From positions 19,904,001 to 19,968,000 of the forward strand of contig OZ249436.1 in assembly GCA_965235115.1 (NCBI GenBank): a stretch of 64,000 nucleotides of DNA. The letters run 5' to 3'. Source of the stretch: Laetmonice hystrix (Eukaryota). Positions 59,755 to 64,000 of this stretch are shown one piece after another (within the stretch, counting starts at the first letter, position 1; each line of letters opens with the position of its first letter). Under the pieces are notes generated by a model. The model was not told the DNA's origin. It was given only the letters and a program-made list of their open reading frames with translations, and made no database searches. The translations under genes were made by a program, and so were the position numbers.

Positions 59755-61639
59755 GGATCGTCTGAGTTCAAGATCTAACCTTACTCATAAAGATCCGTAT
59801 GCTCGAGATCTCCGACATTTGCTGAGTCACGCTCCATGGCAGTGCTGGGACCTTCGCGAGAAGATCACAGGCACGTACAGAAGGTGGGACCCCAATGCAC
59901 AAGATCCTCGAGATAACCGTACCCTACGATATATTCCATGTACAGGAGGCCAACCGTCCATGCAGTGTGAAAATACTCGGAAAAATATGCGTTATACACG
60001 AATTGTGGAGAGGGATGGGGCGTGTGTTAAAAGTGAAACGGGCAATTCAGTGACCCGAAAGGCAAGGAAAAGTGCTCCTGGAAAGAGATCGGGAAGTTCA
60101 ACCACAAGTAAGAACCAGCGAAACGTGGTCAAGACTGAAAGGGCTAGAAATAAAAGTAATTTCTCATTCAAATTATATCAAACAGAAGGGGACCAAATTG
60201 TATCAACCAAATCCAGCAGTGGAGAGCTGACCATTGTCTCTGACAAAATCGATGAGAATGTGTTTTGTGAATCAGAAAGTGACGTCTCAGCTGTGCCTGG
60301 TAAAGTGCTGCAGAACGCTGCTAATATTTCCGAGCATTCTAGGTCACAAAGTGGGCCTACTCCTGGCAACAAGTCGTGCCTGCAGGAAGTTGTAACTAAG
60401 CATTCAGAGATTAAAGTATGCAAGGATGAACAAGGCAGGAAGTATCGGGACACCAAAATAAAGAGGCCAGGGGAAAGCGAGGTCCTCGATGCCAAGACAA
60501 GCAGGGAAGATTCACCACTGTGCCAGTCCAGCACAAAGAAACTAAACCGAACGAAAAGTTCAATCAAATGTAAATGGTTAAAGATAGTGTGTCAAAAACT
60601 TATGAAAAAGTACGCCCTTCTACAAAAACGGAGGAATAAAAAACTACTTTTAAACAGGAAGGCTGCCGAGAAACGTTTGCAACGTTCGCAACGAAGAGTT
60701 GAACATGTGTCTGCCGTCCCTAGTGTTAGAGAACAGTTTACTGTGAGAGAAAAGTCGTCGGAAAAGTTTACACCCAAGCAGGACTCGACTAAGAAGTCGG
60801 TGATTGAGGCTGTAAATATTGAGTGTCGTGTTAGAGAACAGTTTACTGTGAGAGAAAAGTCGTCGGAAAAGTTTACACCCAAGCAGGACTCGACTAAGAA
60901 GTCGGTGATTGAGGCTGTAAATATTGAGTGTCGTGTTAGAGAACAGTTTACTGTGAGAGAAAAGTCGTCGGAAAAGTTTACACCCAAGCAGGACTCGACT
61001 AAGAAGTCGGTGATTGAGGCTGTAAATATTGAGTGTCGTTCTAGTTCGACAATACCACCAGGTCATGGGAGCCCTAGGCCTACACATAGAAAACGGCCTG
61101 CACATAGAAAACGGCCTGCAAATGATGTGGATTGGATTCGGAACCCAAAAACGTCAAAACTCAGCGAACAGCCGTTTAGAGATACTGAAGTGCAAGGATA
61201 TTATAGGAGGAATAATAATTATTATAGGAGTCGACTCCCAGTTAATATCGCAGTTCCGGGGCCCAATGTCCGTCCTAAGAATTCAACATTGATGGAAAAG
61301 TCGACAGTTTGCCACAACAAGCCAACAAGATCAGCCGATGGCAACACGGAAATGAAGACATCGTCAGTTCTGCACCAGAAATTCACAGAACCTTCGCTTC
61401 GGCGACAGCGCGGCGCAAGGACGTCTTGGAATCATTGGGTGACGAGACAGGAGAGCTACAATGGAGCAAGTCAAGTCAATGGCCGTTGGCGTCAGGTGTC
61501 TCTGGAACACGGTGGTAAAACTACCGGCACTCTCTACCATAAACGGGGGTCCTCGCGCCGACACAAGAGGCTGAGCATAGATCAGTCGACGAAAGACCGT
61601 AGAGACTGTCGTAAAGCAGCTGGTTGTCAACCCGGCAAG
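59755..61639 (+). CDS. Uncharacterised gene, exon 2 (long basic, low-complexity exon)
   Basis: Acceptor gtttttccag|G (phase 2); 1885-nt open frame; donor AAG|GTAACG, phase 0. Confidence 0.65.
60723..61039 (+). repeat. Coding tandem repeat, 3 x 105 bp (35 aa), perfect
   Basis: VREQFTVREKSSEKFTPKQDSTKKSVIEAVNIECR x3; units start at 60723, 60828, 60933. Confidence 0.95.
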
Positions 61640-61895
61640 GTAACGAACCTTCATCTAAACTGTAGAGTACATGTACTCATAATTTTATTGAAAAGAATAA
61701 ATTAGCCTATTTACTCGTACATTTAGGCCAAACAATTTAGTTCACTTACAAGTGCGCCCCACGCATGGGTTCGGTGAAGGTCAGTCAAGGGGGTGAAAGG
61801 AAACATCAGGTACCCTTTAAATAGTGTTTATGTTTAGGCCTACTCCTGTTTTTATCCATTGCTTATTCCGTTTCTTCCGTTCATTATTCGTTTAG

Positions 61896-61923
61896 CTGGA
61901 ACACAGACGGACATTTACGTGTG
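61896..61923 (+). CDS. Uncharacterised gene, exon 3 (28-nt microexon)
   Basis: tcgtttag|CTGGAACACAGACGGACATTTACGTGTG|gtaaga; bridges phase 0 to phase 1 and supplies the first Cys of C-x2-C. Confidence 0.55.
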
Positions 61924-62104
61924 GTAAGAAAGTCGTTTGAACACATTTAAAAAAATCTATTTGCAGCTTCATACACTATAGGCCTACTATAGTCTATACC
62001 TTCTTACATGCACCTCTAATATACACGCATGCCTCTTTTATTGGTTCCTCCAATAAAAGAATAGTCTGACCTTACATGATGATTCTGCCCATTGTTTGCG
62101 TCAG

Positions 62105-62256
62105 GTGAGTGCTCAAAGAAGTTCTACAGGTCCAGGGTTATCTTTGAAGAAATGGTGAAACATTATCGAGACAGACTTATCCGATGTGACCCTTCCCATC
62201 TTAAAGGATATAGGTCGTTCTTCGCCAACTCCGCTTGCTGCGTACCCTGTACAGTG
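62105..62256 (+). CDS. Uncharacterised gene, exon 4 (degenerate zinc-finger-like)
   Basis: tttgcgtcag| ... GTG|gtaagt; open in phase 1: (G)ECSKKFYRSRVIFEEMVKHYRD...CCVPCTV. Confidence 0.55.
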
Positions 62257-62383
62257 GTAAGTCAGAAATAGTGCGTGGATTAGGCCTACTATATATTACG
62301 ACGATGTGAACAAACTACATTGTATAGGCTAATACTTGATAATCGTTATATTTTCCGTTTCCTCACATCTTCTTGTTTTACAG

Positions 62384-62510
62384 AAGTTTAGTGGGCCTGA
62401 ATCGATGCTTAATTTCTTCAACCATATGCGACGAACCATACATGGCGGAACCAAAGAGCAGAAAGAGAGCCACGCGTCTCTTCTCTCTCTGTGCATTCAT
62501 CCATTAGTGG
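62384..62510 (+). CDS. Uncharacterised gene, exon 5
   Basis: ttgttttacag|AAG ... GTGG|gtaaga; KFSGPESMLNFFNHMRRTIH completes a C2H2-like motif. Confidence 0.6.
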
Positions 62511-63243
62511 GTAAGATCGACTGTGACAACTAATCACTATTTTTATTTAGCTTGTATTTAGCTTGCATGCATGCATGTAGTTGCTCAAAGAGCGTAATAT
62601 GATCTCTTTGGTTTGATGAAATTTAGATTATAGAACACAGGATAAAATTTAAAGGAATCATAGCACCCTGGTTGAGCGTTCCGGGAAGCCAGTTCGGCCT
62701 GGTTTCACGCTTACCTCGTCAAAATATATGCACCTTCTGTCCTGAGGATACTTCCTAGGTTTAATATAGGCCTACATTATGTATTGTAAACAGACAGCAG
62801 CGAAATGCACTGTCACCTTCCCATTTCACATTTTGTGTCGAGAACACTCAAAACCAACGCTGCATTCCGCCATCGGGAATGTCTGACTGCAGGCATAGCG
62901 TTGCAACGGGTGAGATGATCACGCAAAACGGGTGTAAAGTCGCCCGGCCAAAACTCTATCGCGTAGGTGGGCTGCAGGTCTCGAAAAAGACGCGCGTCAT
63001 TCCAAATTTGCTGGTTTTTAAATATTTTTAAAAAATAGTCGCGAAATCCAACCAGGCAGGTAGGCAGTGCTACGGAACATAATTACCAGACTATATACAG
63101 GCAGTATTTTCGCCAATTTGTAAAATCTATATGAAATAGGTGACATGATTTTTTAAAGTTAAGAATTAAACAAAGCCAGGATAATGGAGCCAGGGATGCA
63201 TTATTAATGTTATGTCACTGTATATTATCACATGTGGATCCAG

Positions 63244-63530
63244 GCACAGGAAGAGTAAAAATCTCGGCTCCATTATTTACAGAACGTGACCTCGGTTTGC
63301 TGACGTCAGACGAGGCGGAAGAGTTATTGGCGATGATTTTGTTAGGAGACGAGTCGGGCAGCAGGGAGCGGGAAGGTGCGGCAGCCACCCTTGATGATGC
63401 TATCAAAGTGCTTCGTTCGACGGGAAAATTTGAGCTGTCTACTTCAATAGATACCATGGATTTTAACACGCTCAGTGACCTCTATGAAAGATTGACAAGG
63501 CTTCAACAGAATGCCCTGTTAGGGAGATAA
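63244..63530 (+). CDS. Uncharacterised gene, terminal exon 6
   Basis: ccag|GC is phase-1 compatible with exon 5 (weak pyrimidine tract); stop at 63530; AATAAA at 63610-63615. Confidence 0.5.
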
Positions 63531-64000
63531 TTATTACATGGAATGATACGAACATCTTTTACCATGTATAATTATACATGTTTTGTTGTTATTGATTTAG
63601 AAGCCAGACAATAAAGTATCGTTTATTATTGTTACCCACCATATATCGCAGTTCTTATGTGAAAGAATGTGTCAAACAGCAGCCAATATAAAGTAAATGT
63701 AGCCTATTATTAAGACAAACTCCCCCCCCCCCAAATGGGGGTATTTATAGACCCTTTCTGTGAATGATTATGCCACGGGTTTTTGAAAACCGGTCTGTAA
63801 TATCTTAATTGACCAACGGACTACCTCACTGTAGTGTTTGCATGGCTAGAAGGCCAGCCGATAAGATGTAGGGATTTCTCACTCTACTGAATGGCCTCCC
63901 ACACTGCTTGGCCCCACAGTGTATACTGTTTGGCCTCACTGTACTCTTTGGCCTCACTGTAGTGTTCGCTGGGGTGCTAGACCAGCCAGTATACCTCGTA

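Overview
Eukaryotic (animal, probably lophotrochozoan invertebrate) genomic DNA with spliceosomal introns and many DNA-transposon relics. The main feature is a minus-strand locus spanning about 14.5-44.9 kb, organised like Drosophila lola/mod(mdg4). One constant coding exon (41798-42382; ~58-aa N-terminal domain, NLS, IKEE motif) ends in a phase-0 GT donor. It is followed by at least 19 intact stop-containing exons, each opening at a phase-0 CAG acceptor: two C2H2 zinc-finger exons, one orphan-domain exon and 16 divergent paralogues (plus one pseudo-exon) of a ~215-aa domain I cannot name. That domain's motif order resembles a catalytically dead HUH/Rep fold (inference only). The array shows birth-and-death evolution, including a chimeric exon with a CAACC microhomology junction. 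On the plus strand, 3.8-7.9 kb carries further phase-0 C2H2 terminal exons in a segmental duplication. A separate six-exon plus-strand gene of unknown function lies at 57.2-63.5 kb. The rest is Harbinger, EnSpm-like, Helentron-like and MITE repeats plus tandem repeats. Splicing models are predicted from sequence only.
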